From Amphiscolops sp. MND2022 (Eukaryota): DNA of 64,000 bases. The stretch covers positions 52,144,001 through 52,208,000 of the forward strand of contig OZ076409.1 of assembly GCA_964187785.1 (NCBI GenBank), given 5' to 3'. Position 1 is the stretch's first letter. Each line of letters opens with the position of its first letter. The notes beneath the pieces are model-generated. The model was given only the letters and a program-made list of their open reading frames with translations. It did not search any database and was not told the origin of the DNA. Shown in pieces: positions 42,733-56,700 of this stretch. The position numbers were made by a program, and so were the translations under genes.

Positions 42733-45700
42733 TAATCGATGCTAGCAATGAAACCAGCCAATGCGCTTATAACAACCTTGTTTTCGCAATGTAGCAAACT
42801 AACTAGGGTTTCGTAATTTTTTTTAAATTTTTGCGCTCCTTGATGAAACTCCTTCGGTGTTCTTGGTGGAGACACAGGAAAATAATGTGCAGTATCATCG
42901 ACAACTCTACAATAGGGACAAATATCGGTTTTGCTCTCATTACTTCTGAATGATACTTCGCGTACTTCAAAATCATTCATTAGAACCGATAGCGTGTTGA
43001 CAGAAATTTTCCTAGGATATGGTGCTAGCATTTTCATGATGCTGTTTCTTACTTTAAGCCCTTCGTAATTTGAGTATATAAGAGCTTGCTTTATTTCTCG
43101 TTGCCATAAGTGCCTGCAATACTCATCCACCTCCTTCTTAAAAGTACTGACTGAGGATTGTCTAGCACATTGTATGTAAATTGCCGGGGCAGGGACGTTT
43201 CGTCACCACCCATTTGGGCGACAAAGATTTCACCCCATTCCGGCGACAATAATGTCGCCCAAATGTCCCGTAGACTAAATAGCTAAACATGTTCACATAC
43301 CCCTAGTGCCCTAAATGCAGGAGCGAAGCGAAGCGGATCGACGTGCCATATGGCCAAGCCTCAATGTTGCTACTTGGCGAAGGGAGCGAAGGGTCATACA
43401 ACAAAAATGCTAACCTCTTCAAATATATCAGTTAATTGATCAATTTGATCAACCCATTTGGTCGACACTTTGTCGCCCTTGTGACCGACGCCATATTGTC
43501 GCCCAAATGGCTGGTGACGAAATGTCCCTGACCATATATTGCCTTAATTTCATCAGGATCACGATTTACAACTGAAAATTTGTGTAACAAAAACAATCTC
43601 ACCATAATAATATGTTGAGGTATGTTGCTAAATTACCTGGGTTTAGAATGTCTGTACTTCTAGCAGTTGAATGTAGAAACAATAATATTTGATTAGTCTA
43701 GACTAGAGACCACACTCCACCACATCTTGTCCAGAGAAGTCATTTTTTGATGAAACCAAATAGTCATACAGTACGTGACACGTGGTTTTACATATGAATC
43801 AAAGGTACTTATAGCGTAAAATGGATTTAACCCTTGCGTTATAAGTATACTAGTTTTTTTCTAGGAATTAACCATTGAGGCATAGATAATGGCAGCAAAT
43901 GTTTTGAAACTCAAATGTCGTTCAAACCATAGGCCAAGTATTATACTTCTTTTAAAAAACTTATAGTCGGACTGAAATACTTCTTTTGAGAAGGTTATAG
44001 GGTCAGTTTTGTCTTTATTCAGCAACTGCCTCCATTTGTTTGTATAGTTTTCCGCCTTTTCCAAAGATGTGCTTAGGTTTTCTTTGCTTTAAAGAGAAGT
44101 ACTGTCATCTGCATAGTGACAGTACAGCGACCTGAGGTAAACCATTAGGAAGGACAAATGACATGTCGATATAATCATTGACTTGAATACTGACTTTCCG
44201 ATTCGATAAAAAAGATTTTATAGTAGCTAACATTGGACCGTTTAAACCACTGTTTATTAGCTTGCTCAGCAAAAAAAATTGATCTACGGAATCGAAAGCT
44301 TTCTCTAGATCATATACTGTTGCTGTTGGAAAATTTTGCAATGCTAAGATATCATGATATAATTTGTATAAGTAGTGCAAAGTTGACATGCCTGGCTGAA
44401 AACAAATTGTTGTTCATCAATGTCGAGGATGTTCTATCTATCACTCGTTCAACTACTTTTCCTAGATGGGATGTAAATTGAGTATGTCTCCATGAAGATG
44501 GATTAGAATATTCAGTTTTGACAGATTTTTTCAAGAATTTGACTATGGTTTTATCAAATGGCCACATCCCCATGAAAAATGCACTGTTTATCAAGTGCAA
44601 ACACATGGTAATGGTGTTAAATTTGACTATCTTCAATAGTTTAGGGGGAAGGCCATAAGGATCTACGCCCTTGTTGTTTGTCTTCATTTTCTTTCTGGCT
44701 TGTTTAAGCCCATTCATTGTATGACACATGTTTAGATCATTCTTGGCCTCCTCCTTGTAATAATTCCAAACGGTGTGAGCTAACTTCTCTTTCACTTCCT
44801 TTTCGTTTTTTTTTTCGTAAAAAGCGTCGTCAATTAGTTTACCAGTAAGGTGTGTGTATCGAAGAAAATACGTTGAAAGAGCGCAGCTTTATGGCAATTT
44901 TTTTCCAGTGTCTTACCCTTGTGAGGAAGTAGTTCTATGTTATTTAAGTCCATTGAACCATTGAATTTGCGGATATTACCGAAAAATGTTTTTGAGTTTC
45001 CCTCATTCATTTGTATGATGCCATTTTGCCTCCAACGGGTATTATTTATTTTCATTTCCTTTCTGAATTCGATTTTAGCCATTTCAACAATGTTTTCGTT
45101 TTTCGGGTTACATTGGAGTCTATATTTTATGCGTGCTTCTTTCATTTTTTTTGATAAGTGAGTCAATTTATTGCTCCAGTATGGTTTGGAATATTTACAA
45201 AGTAATTTCCGTGGAGTCGAATTTTCACAAACTCCTCTCAAAAGGCCAATAAATATTAGGACAGCTTTCGTAGGTGCTTCCGTTATCATGCTATCCATGT
45301 TTTCCACCCTAATATTTTCCAGTTGTATACTCATTTCTTCCCAATTTGCAATTTTGCAGTTTAGAACACACTGTTCTGGATTATCATTTTCACAGGAATA
45401 TCTATATCGAACAGAATCTTCGATCACTCGTGCATTGCAAACCAGATCAGAGCAATTTCGTTCAGTGATGCAAAAATCGATTATGCTGCTAACGTTCTTG
45501 CTTGCTGAGACTGGGCTGAGAAAGTAGGCTGGTGATGGCTTATTATAGAAAGACTATTGTCGGCACAGTAGTCGGCGGGTACTTTACCATAATTATTTTC
45601 TACTTTATCAACCCATAGCGGATGCCTCGAATTCCAATCCCCGAACATTATTGGTCCAGTTTTATTTTCATTTTTGCATAACGCATAACGTATACGCTTC

Positions 45701-47290
45701 AGCCAGAACATCTGTGGCAATTACGATGTTTCCAGTGTTTCCTAACTGTTCGTATATTGATCTCAGCAACATTTTCCTCTTTTCAAGGGGATTGCTGCAA
45801 AACAGCAATCAACGCCTTCTCTGGGTGTTATTTTCACTTCATAGGAATTCAATTATTTGTGTATGAGCAATGAGCAACCAAGTTTAATTGAATGGGCGCA
45901 GTAGATATCGTAGTTACCAAAACCCTGAAATTTTCCATGATTTCAAAGACCGTAATTACTTTTGTGTTGTTGTCGTTTAAATAATTATCCATAGCATTAC
46001 ACAAGTGAACGGAGAGACCAGCAATATTTATAGTCATAGCTAAGAGCAATTGTTTCATCACGATTTGACTCTGTTCAATTTTTTCCACATTTCCTGCTAC
46101 TTTTCGCAGTTTCTATCAGATGCTGTGTGATCCTTGTGGCAACTCACACAGTAGATTTCATTTGGTGGGATACAATCTTTGGCATGTTCCTGTTTTTCCT
46201 CCTGGCATACATATTCTTTATGACGGTTTGTTGTGTGCTCTTAGCCACAGATGGCAGACCACGATTGGTTTTTACAAATTTTGGATACATGGCTACCCCA
46301 TTGTTGACTGTTGAAACATTGAATACTCCGTTTGGTGGTACGTTTTGGGTCCATCTTGAAGAACATATACTCTAGCGTAATTCCATTTTGAAGATATTCG
46401 TTAAACGTGCATTCTTTCTCGAAAACTAGTTCCACCAAAGGTATGGCCTTTCCGCCTTCGATATATCGGATCACTTGAATTTCTTCCGCTTTTTCGCCAG
46501 CTAAACACTCTTGATGTCACCATTGGAAAATTCAACCAGCACATCTCGGATTATACCCCTATGTGATCTGCTTTCATTCGGTGAAAAAACTCTAGTAAAT
46601 GTCCCGAGAAGATTCGGACACCACTTGTTTTTCACTCTAGTGCAACAGTCTTTGTTGTTAAATAATAGCAGAATCTTCCCAAGCTTGTTGGTAGAAGTGG
46701 AATCCCGTTTGATGCTGGGGAAATGAGTATACAGCCTCCGCTTTTGTAATACACTAGGAGAAAGAATATCGTCATCTGTTGTGCCAGAAATGTATAATGT
46801 TTGTTCATCAGGATACTTACGATTATCAGTGCAAGTTTCAGTTACATTAGTGGGAGGTTTTTCCGAAAGTTTGGATGCATAAGAGGGTTTATTGGTATTA
46901 AACGAGGTTACTAATTGTCGCTGGCTGCCGCCTATGATGACACTAATTATACGAATTCGGCCGCCAAGCAGGAAATAACACCCTGAACTCTCCCCATTTA
47001 TTGAAACACAAACTAGTGAGTTATGGTAATCGTTCAAATTAGTTTGTTGAATTAATTTGAAAACACTGTTGCTATATTTATATTATTAGTGTGGCAAAGT
47101 AGTATCCAAAGTAGTAGTGTCCATTCTTTGAAGTATCCATTACAGGTAGTTGATCTATTAGAATAGAGTTAGTGCAAGATGAAATTGAGAACAAGCTAAG
47201 ATGAATTGAAAACAACTAATCCGCAGAAAGGAAACGTGATCAAATGCAGAAACGTCCTTTCTCGGCGTGGATGCTTTCAGCACACGAAAC
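42733..47290 (-). mobile_element. Decayed LINE (I/Jockey-group-like): ORF1 with CCHC knuckles, ORF2 with APE endonuclease, RT and C-terminal zinc motif
   Basis: IQCFNSQQWGSHVSKIC; MTINIAGL; GDWNSRHPLW; SSWRHTQFTSHLGKVVERVI; DLEKAFDSV; GLPQVAVLS; CPYCRVVDDTAHYF. Many stops and frameshifts; 5' end approximate. Confidence 0.9.
43186..43534. mobile_element. Mutator-type MITE, family 2, inserted in the LINE
   Basis: TIRs CAGGGACGTTTCGTCACCA.CCATTTGGGCGACAA / TTGTCGCCCAAATGG.TGGTGACGAAATGTCCCTG; 9-bp TSD TAAATTGCC / TATATTGCC. Confidence 0.85.
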
Positions 47291-48096
47291 AACCAATCAA
47301 ACTACTCCATTTATTTTACTCAGTGTATATTCAATAAATTGGCCGGATACGGCCGTTTGACGCTGCTATGTATTTAATGAACAGGACTATAGGCTAATGA
47401 CTGGTTTGGGCCATTCTCTTAATTCATTGCCTAAAATAAGTCTGAGATGGAAAGATGTATGTGCTGATAATCATGTGCTACGCCCATCCAAACACCTTGC
47501 AAATAGTTGCTAACCGCAAATGAGTGTTTTCAATTGAATGGTGATAATTTTTGACCACCAGTCTAATCACCTACTCTGGCCACAATCATTGTGGCATTCT
47601 TTGGCCAAATAACCGCATTTAGCTAAAATACCATAACTTCTCGAGCATGAAATTTTTATAGTGGGGCTTTGAACTGCATACTCAGGCACGTGCCTACTAG
47701 TGCCTTACATTCTTTGAAGTGCTTTCAAGTGCTAACACCGATGATTAAACAAGCGTAAATCTTTGCTTTCCAATAACTTAAATTTTTCCGCCCACTTTGA
47801 AGCGCCTATTTGTTATCAATAAAATTCATTTCACGTATTACTAGGAAATTCCTCAGCTTGATGTGATGTTGCTATAAGTGACCACCATTTACTTCCAATA
47901 TGTAACGAATGTGAAGTATTGCCGAAAAAGTATTGTTGCTACATGCTTCGTGTTTGTTATTTTGCCTGTCCCGCCATATATGTAAAATATGTGTTTGCCA
48001 TTCCTACGGGGGTATATAAATACCTATGGCCCCAGTAGAAGACACAGTTTTTCTGCTTTACTTGATACAATTCAGGTGATTTTGTAGTTCTGTACT

Positions 48097-49036
48097 TGTT
48101 GGCGCCAGTCAATTGCGAGATCAGAAACTCAAATTCGAACGTGACTGACGAAACTTACAACTCAAAAGACTTAGAAAATTTATCAAGATTTTAGATGAAA
48201 AAATACAAGTCTAAGCAAAAATGACCCTATGTAAAAAAGGGCCACCCCCCCCGTCCCGGTAAACCACTCATTCAATCACCTTGAAACTTGGCACACATAT
48301 AGTGGTGGTGATTCACTAACTTTTCACTCTTAACAACCTACCCCGTATCTCCCCTGGGTTCCGAGCAATTAACACCCAAAGTGACCTAGGTCGGACCCCA
48401 TGAATTACCCAATTTTGATGTATCAATTATTATGTGATTCTCTCATATGACCTTGAAGGAAATTCATCTCTGTTGAAATTACTGATATTTACATTGTGTA
48501 AACATACTTTCTAACCCACCTGACCAACATGCCAAAACCACCTTATAGTTTGTTTACTTAGCCAATAACTTCATTTTATGCTTTAAATGTCATTTATTTA
48601 TACAACATATTTCAACTAATATTTGTTCTATATTTACTGTAGAATTGTAAACCACATGTATACCATTATGCGATAGAGATTTTAACGACTGAATAGCTGT
48701 AGTCAAGTTGGGTCTTAGGACCATTTCAATTCTCAATTCATTTCTTCACCTCTTTTCGACTTTTCGCCAAAGACTAAGGGCGACTAAGTTAGTTACTCTC
48801 AACCTGTGGAGAGTTGGACGCGTTAAGAGACAAGGAAGAAGTGCAATTCGGGATCATTGGATCCTATTAAGTCAAGATACAGTCCTTTTTAACCTAAGAA
48901 GCAAGCAGTGTTCGGTAACGATCTGCAGTGCCGAGCACCGAATTCAGGGCGGCGTAAAGTTTGGTCAATTGAAGGGATCAAGCAGCCGTTACATTTGGTC
49001 CGCCGACCCGGACGTCATCATTGGGCGGACATCACA
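48097..49036 (+). mobile_element. BEL-derived 5' LTR (48097-48993) plus PBS, orphaned by the tandem duplication
   Basis: Same left flank GTACT as copy B; ends 43 bp into the leader. Confidence 0.9.
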
Positions 49037-49212
49037 GCCTCAATGTTGCTACTTGGCGAAGGGAGCGAAGGGTCATACAACAAAAATGCTAACCTCTTCA
49101 AATATATCAGTTAATTGATCAATTTGATCAACCCATTTGGTCGACACTTTGTCGCCCTTGTGACCGACGCCATATTGTCGCCCAAATGGCTGGTGACGAA
49201 ATGTCCCTGACC

Positions 49213-52200
49213 ATATATTGCCTTAATTTCATCAGGATCACGATTTACAACTGAAAATTTGTGTAACAAAAACAATCTCACCATAATAATATGTTGAGGT
49301 ATGTTGCTAAATTACCTGGGTTTAGAATGTCTGTACTTCTAGCAGTTGAATGTAGAAACAATAATATTTGATTAGTCTAGACTAGAGACCACACTCCACC
49401 ACATCTTTTCCAGAGAAGTCATTTTTTGATGAAACCAAATAGTCATACAGTACGTGACACGTGGTTTTACATATGAATCAAAGGTACTTATAGCGTAAAA
49501 TGGATTTAACCCTTGCGTTATAAGTATACTAGTTTTTTTTCTAGGAATTAACCATTGAGGCATAGATAATGGCAGCAAATGTTTTGAAACTCAAATGTCG
49601 TTCAAACCATAGGCCAAGTATTTTACTTCTTTTAAAAAACTTATAGTCGGACTGAAATACTTCTTTTGAGAAGGTTATAGGGTCAGTTTTGTCTTTATTC
49701 AGCAATTGCCTCCATTTGTTTGTATAGTTTTCCGCCTTTTCCAAAGATGTGCTTAGGTTTTCTTTGCTTTAAAGAGAAGTACTGTCATCTGCATAGTGAC
49801 AGTACAGCGACCTGAGGTAAACCATTAGGAAGGACAAATGACATGTCGATATAATCATTGACTTGAATACTGACTTTCCGATTCGATAAAGAAGATTTTA
49901 TAGTAGCTAACATTGGACCGTTTAAACCACTGTTTATTAGCTTGCTCAGCAAAAAAAATTGATCTACGGAATCGAAAGCTTTCTCTAGATCATATACTGT
50001 TGCTGTTGGAAAATTTTGCAATGCTAAGATATCATGATATAATTTGTATAAGTAGTGCAAAGTTGACATGCCTGGCTGAAAACAAATTGTTGTTCATCAA
50101 TGTCGAGGATGTTCTATCTATCACTCGTTCAACTACTTTTCCTAGATGGGATGTAAATTGAGTATGTCTCCATGAAGATGGATTAGAATATTCAGTTTTG
50201 ACAGATTTTTTCAAGAATTTGACTATGGTTTTATCAAATGGCCACATCCCCATGAAAAATGCACTGTTTATCAAGTGCAAACACATGGTAATGGTGTTAA
50301 ATTTGACTATCTTCAATAGTTTAGGGGGAAGGCCATAAGGATCTACGCCCTTGTTGTTTGTCTTCATTTTCTTTCTGGCTTGTTTAAGCCCATTCATTGT
50401 ATGACACATGTTTAGATCATTCTTGGCCTCCTCCTTGTAATAATTCCAAACGGTGTGAGCTAACTTCTCTTTCACTTCCTTTTCGTTTTTTTTTCGTAAA
50501 AAGCGTCGTCAATTAGTTTACCAGTAAGGTGTGTGTATCGAAGAAAATACGTTGAAAGAGCGCAGCTTTATGGCAATTTTTTTCCAGTGTCTTACCCTTG
50601 TGAGGAAGTAGTTCTATGTTATTTAAGTCCATTGAACCATTGAATTTGCGGATATTACCGAAAAATGTTTTTGAGTTTCCCTCATTCATTTGTATGATGC
50701 CATTTTGCCTCCAACGGGTATTATTTATTTTCATTTCCTTTCTGAATTCGATTTTAGCCATTTCAACAATGTTTTCGTTTTTCGGGTTACATTGGAGTCT
50801 ATATTTTATGCGTGCTTCTTTCATTTTTTTGATAAGTGAGTCAATTTATTGCTCCAGTATGGTTTGGAATATTTACAAAGTAATTTCCGTGGAGTCGAAT
50901 TTTCACAAACTCCTCTCAAAAGGCCAATAAATATTAGGACAGCTTTCGTAGGTGCTTCCGTTATCATGCTATCCATGTTTTCCACCCTAATATTTTCCAG
51001 TTGTATACTCATTTCTTCCCAATTTGCAATTTTGCAGTTTAGAACACACTGTTCTGGATTATCATTTTTCACAGGAATATCTATATCGAACAGAATCTTC
51101 GATCACTCGTGCATTGCAAACCAGATCAGAGCAATTTCGTTCAGTGATGCAAAAATCGATTATGCTGCTAACGTTCTTGCTTGCTGAGACTGGGCTGAGA
51201 AAGTAGGCTGGTGATGGCTTATTATAGAAAGACTATTGTCGGCACAGTAGTCGGCGGGTACTTTACCATAATTATTTTCTACTTTATCAACCCATAGCGG
51301 ATGCCTCGAATTCCAATCCCCGAACATTATTGGTCCAGTTTTATTTTCATTTTTGCATAACGCATAACGTATACGCTTCAGCCAGAACATCTGTGGCAAT
51401 TACGATGTTTCCAGTGTTTCCTAACTGTTCGTATATTGATCTCAGCAACATTTTCCTCTTTTCAAGGGAGATTGCTGCAAAACAGCAATCAACGCCTTCT
51501 CTGGGTGTTATTTTCACTTCATAGGAATTCAATTATTTGTGTATGAGCAATGAGCAACCAAGTTTAATTGAATGGGCGCAGTAGATATCGTAGTTACCAA
51601 AACCCTGAAATTTTCCATGATTTCAAAGACCGTAATTACTTTTGTGTTGTTGTCGTTTAAATAATTATCCATAGCATTACACAAGTGAACGGAGAGACCA
51701 GCAATATTTATAGTCATAGCTAAGAGCAATTGTTTCATCACGATTTGACTCTGTTCAATTTTTTCCACATTTCCTGCTACTTTTCGCAGTTTCTATCAGA
51801 TGCTGTGTGATCCTTGTGGCAACTCACACAGTAGATTTCATTTGGTGGGATACAATCTTTGGCATGTTCCTGCTTTTCCTCCTGGCATACATATTCTTTA
51901 TGACGGTTTGTTGTGTGCTCTTAGCCACAGATGGCAGACCACGATTGGTTTTTACAAATTTTGGATACATGGCTACCCCATTGTTGACTGTTGAAACATT
52001 GAATACTCCGTTTGGTGGTACGTTTTGGGTCCATCTTGAAGAACATATACTCTAGCGTAATTCCATTTTGAAGATATTCGTTAAACGTGCATTCTTTCTC
52101 GAAAACTAGTTCCACCAAAGGTATGGCCTTTCCGCCTTCGATATATCGGATCACTTGAATTTCTTCCGCTTTTTCGCCAGCTAAACACTCTTGATGTCAC

Positions 52201-52970
52201 CATTGGAAAATTCAACCAGCACATCTCGGATTATACCCCTATGTGATCTGCTTTCATTCGGTGAAAAAACTCTAGTAAATGTCCCGAGAAGATTCGGACA
52301 CCACTTGTTTTTCACTCTAGTGCAACAGTCTTTGTTGTTAAATAATAGCAGAATCTTCCCAAGCTTGTTGGTAGAAGTGGAATCCCGTTTGATGCTGGGG
52401 AAATGAGTATACAGCCTCCGCTTTTGTAATACACTAGGAGAAAGAATATCGTCATCTGTTGTGCCAGAAATGTATAATGTTTGTTCATCAGGATACTTAC
52501 GATTATCAGTGCAAGTTTCAGTTACATTAGTGGGAGGTTTTTCCGAAAGTTTGGATGCATAAGAGGGTTTATTGGTATTAAACGAGGTTACTAATTGTCG
52601 CAGGCTGCCGCGTATGATGACACTAATTATACGAATTCGGCCGCCAAGCAGGAAATAACACCCTGAACTCTCCCCATTTATTCAAACACAAACTAGTGAG
52701 TTATGGTAATCGTTCAAATTAGTTTGTTGAATTAATTTGAAAACACTGTTGCTATATTTATATTATTAGTGTGGCAAAGTAGTATCCAAAGTAGTAGTGT
52801 CCATTCTTTGAAGTATCCATTACAGGTAGTTGATCTATTAGAATAGAGTTAGTGCAAGATGAAATTGAGAACAAGCTAAGATGAATTGAAAACAACTAAT
52901 CCGCAGAAAAGAAACGTGATCAAATGCAGAAACGTCCTTTCTCGGCGTGGATGCTTTCAGCACACGAAAC
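49213..52970 (-). mobile_element. Second copy of the decayed LINE, created by the tandem duplication
   Basis: Almost identical to 43535-47290. Confidence 0.9.
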
Positions 52971-53776
52971 AACCAATCAAACTACTCCATTTATTTTACT
53001 CAGTGCATATTCAATAAATTGGCCGGATACGGCCGTTTGACGCTGCTATGTATTTAATGAACAGGACTATAGGCTAATGACTGGTTTGGGCCATTCTCTT
53101 AATTCATTGCCTAAAATAAGTCTGAGATGGAAAGATGTATGTGCTGATAATCATGTGCTACGCCCATCCAAACACCTTGCAAATAGTTGCTAACCGCAAA
53201 TGAGTGTTTTCAATTGAATGGTGATAATTTTTGACCACCAGTCTAATCACCTACTCTGGCCACAATCATTGTGGCATTCTTTGGCCAAATAACCGCATTG
53301 AGCTAAAATACCATAACTTCTCGAGCATGAAATTTTTATAGTGGGGCTTTGAACTGCATACTCAGGCACGTGCCTACTAGTGCCTTACATTCTTTGAAGT
53401 GCTTTCAAGTGCTAACACCGATGATTAAACAAGCGTAAATCTTTGCTTTCCAATAACTTAAATTTTTCCGCCCACTTTGAAGCGCCTATTTGTTATCAAT
53501 AAAATTCATTTCACGTATTACTAGGAAATTCCTCAGCTTGATGTGATGTTGCTATAAGTGACCACCATTTACTTCCAATATGTAACGAATGTGAAGTATT
53601 GCCGAAAAAGTATTGTTGCTACATGCTTCGTGTTTGTTATTTTGCCTGTCCAGCCATATATGTAAAATATGTGTTTGCCATTACTACGGGGGTATATAAA
53701 TACCTATGGCCCCAGTAGAAGACACAGTTTTTCTGCTTTACTTGATACAATTCAGGTGATTTTGTAGTTCTGTACT

Positions 53777-56700
53777 TGTTGGCGCCAGTCAATTGCGAGA
53801 TCAGAAACTCAAATTCGAACGTGACTGACGAAACTTACAACTCAAAAGACTTAGAAAATTTATCAAGATTTTAGATGAAAAAATACAAGTCTAAGCAAAA
53901 ATGACCCTATGTAAAAAAGGGCCACCCCCCCCCGTCCCGGTAAACCACTCATTCAATCACCTTGAAACTTGGCACACATATAGTGGTGGTGATTCACTAA
54001 CTTTTCACTCTGAACAACCTACCCCGTATCTCCCCTGGGTTCCGAGCAATTAACACCCAAAGTGACCTAGGTCGGACCCCATGAATTACCCAATTTTGAT
54101 GTATCAATTATTATGTGATTCTCTCATATGACCTTGAAGGAAATTCATCTCTGTTGAAATTACTGATATTTACATTGTGTAAACATACTTTCTAACCCAC
54201 CTGACCATCATGCCAAAACCACCTTATAGTTTGTTTACTTAGCCAATAACTTCATTTTATGCTTTAAATGTCATTTATTTATACAACATATTTCAACTAA
54301 TATTTGTTCTATATTTACTGTAGAATTGTAAACCACATGTATACCATTATGCGATAGAGATTTTAACGACTGAATAGCTGTAGTCAAGTTGGGTCTTAGG
54401 ACCATTTCAATTCTCAATTCATTTCTTCACCTCTTTTCGACTTTTCGCCAAAGACTAAAGGCGACTAAGTTAGTTACTCTCAACCTGTGGAGAGTTGGAC
54501 GCGTTAAGAGACAAGGAAGAAGTGCAATTCGGGATCATTGGATCCTATTAAGTCAAGATACAGTCCTTTTTAACCTAAGAAGCAAGCAGTGTTCGGTAAC
54601 GATCCGCAGTGCCGAGCACCGAATTCAGGGCGGCGTAAAGTTTGGTCAATTGAAGGGATCAAGCAGCCGTTACATTTGGTCCGCCGACCCGGACGTCATC
54701 ATTGGGCGGACATCACATTGGGCGGACATCAACACATTGGGCGGACATCAACAGTTGGAGTGGACATCAGTCTGGGTGGACACTACAAGAGGAACGTCGT
54801 CTTCATCGTGGGTGGATTGCATTCGTGGTGGAAGACACGTGAGCAGTTAGAGTCATCAAACGGGTGGCACAACATCTATCTGTTCAAGTGACACGAAGCT
54901 TGGAAGAGCTTCCGTGCTGGTTTCTGTGGCAAACCAGAGAGCTGGGAGGACAAGCCTATTCGTAGGGACCTTCCAAACCTAGAAGTGGCAGCAGGTGATC
55001 CTGTTCGCACAGCAATCGAAAAGTATTGCAAGAGTCGTCGCATTCGAACGGAATCGCGACAAGTAGCTGAGACGACTATTCACGACGAACGAGAACTGTG
55101 GAGACTGGGTCTACAGTTGGTGACTGGAACTCTGGGAAAGTGTACACTGGGGCTTTGATATTGGACTATTGGGCGATTTGGAACTGGATTGGTTGTGTAC
55201 TCTGGGAGTTGGGCTTTAGCAGCACTCTGGAGGCAAGTGTGCTTCAATTCCAGTTTGGGACGAGTTGTATCCTTGGGAAACGTATTCCTAATTGAAAGCA
55301 AAGGTTTGAACTAAGACGTCGCTGCAAGCATATCCACCAAGTAAAGCAAAAGGATCGAGTCATTGGGCGAGGTCCACCGAAACAATCAAATCCGACAAAG
55401 AAGGCAAGCTTAATTGACATTTTGGGTTGATTCTTCAAGAATTGGCGATTGATTACTGGGTTGAGCAGTTGACACCTCAGATCTATCAAATTGCTGTTTT
55501 TGGGAAAAGTGACAAAGACGTCAAGAAACTATTGTGTAGTCAAAAAACCCCCAGTTAAACGACAAACTGAAATCTGAACAAATGAAAGCCAGAAAGAAAG
55601 AAATGTTCGAGGTGCAGCATCCTCGAATGACAAATGTATTCGATCAAAGAAACACAAAGCAGAGTCAAGAACTGATGGAACTCAGATCAAGAGATTTGGA
55701 AAATGATTCCGACTGGTACGTGTGGCGCTTTTATGTGGACGCCGTGGCCACCCAAGTTGGAAGACTACGGACTCTGATTAAAGAGTTGGATGACAAGCTG
55801 GACGAGCAAGGCGCTATTCTTCGCAAAGAAGAATTGAACGATTGGGTTTTCGAATATCGCGAGAATAAACAAGCATTGTTGCATAACGTAGATCTTATGT
55901 TGGACCTTACAAATAAAGAAAAACAAAGACAGCTCAGTCGAAGTGTGACTGAATGGAAAGAATTCTTTGCTGAGTTAGAAGCCAGCTGGGGATATTGGTT
56001 CCCAGATGTAAAGACATTGATGAAGGGTCCAAAAGATGAGACACACAAAACGAAACTTCGCCAAGAGGCAAGTGGAGCCTCCACAAATGCGGCAATGAGA
56101 TGCACTCAAACGAGGAAGCTTAAGCAAAGTAGCTTCAACCCGACAAAACGCAATTGCTCATTGGAAGTAGCTAGTGAAATGAAATCACTGGCACAATCAA
56201 GCAGGGTAACTGAAGAGGAACGACGCGTTGTTGGAGCATCCAACCCCTCTGATGTGATTAAATCAATCTGGGATGTGAAAGTGTTACCCGAACAAAGCAA
56301 GAAAGGGTCAGTCAAAGCAACCTCAAAGAGCAACAGAACAACAGCTAGTTCTTAGTCATCAAATGCAAAACGAATACTTCTTCTAGAATTGGAAGCAATG
56401 AAGAAACAAGATGAAATTGATGAGCAGTTAGCTGCATCAAGACGCAAAGCCGAGATCCGAAAGAAACAAGAGGAGATGGACATGAGGATACTCGCAGAAG
56501 AATTAGAAATTGCTAAACTCGAAGAAGAAGCCGCTAGAGCCAAACAAGTCTTAAAAAACGACATGGATTCAGCGCGAAATGAGATGCAGCTAAAACTGAC
56601 ACAATCACAGAAAGTGACAAAGCAATTGCAACCAAGTAAAGGCCCTCAGAAATGTTATCGGACCTTCAAGGCATCCTCGACCTCAAGGAAGCCTCTTACA

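Larger units (their letters stand above)
43358..54717. repeat. Near-identical 5.68 kb tandem duplication (43358-49036 / 49037-54717)
   Basis: ORF track repeats with an offset of 5679-5681; junction ACATCACA|GCCTCAATG fuses the BEL leader to the middle of MITE 2. Confidence 0.95.

Noticed and set aside
47160..47330. TSD marking the LINE 5' end
   Set aside because: No convincing match to the sequence at the putative 3' end near 12440; boundary left approximate.
48097..54674. LTR element that captured a LINE between two LTRs
   Set aside because: Both LTRs have the same left flank (GTACT) and both are followed by a PBS; the tandem duplication explains the arrangement.
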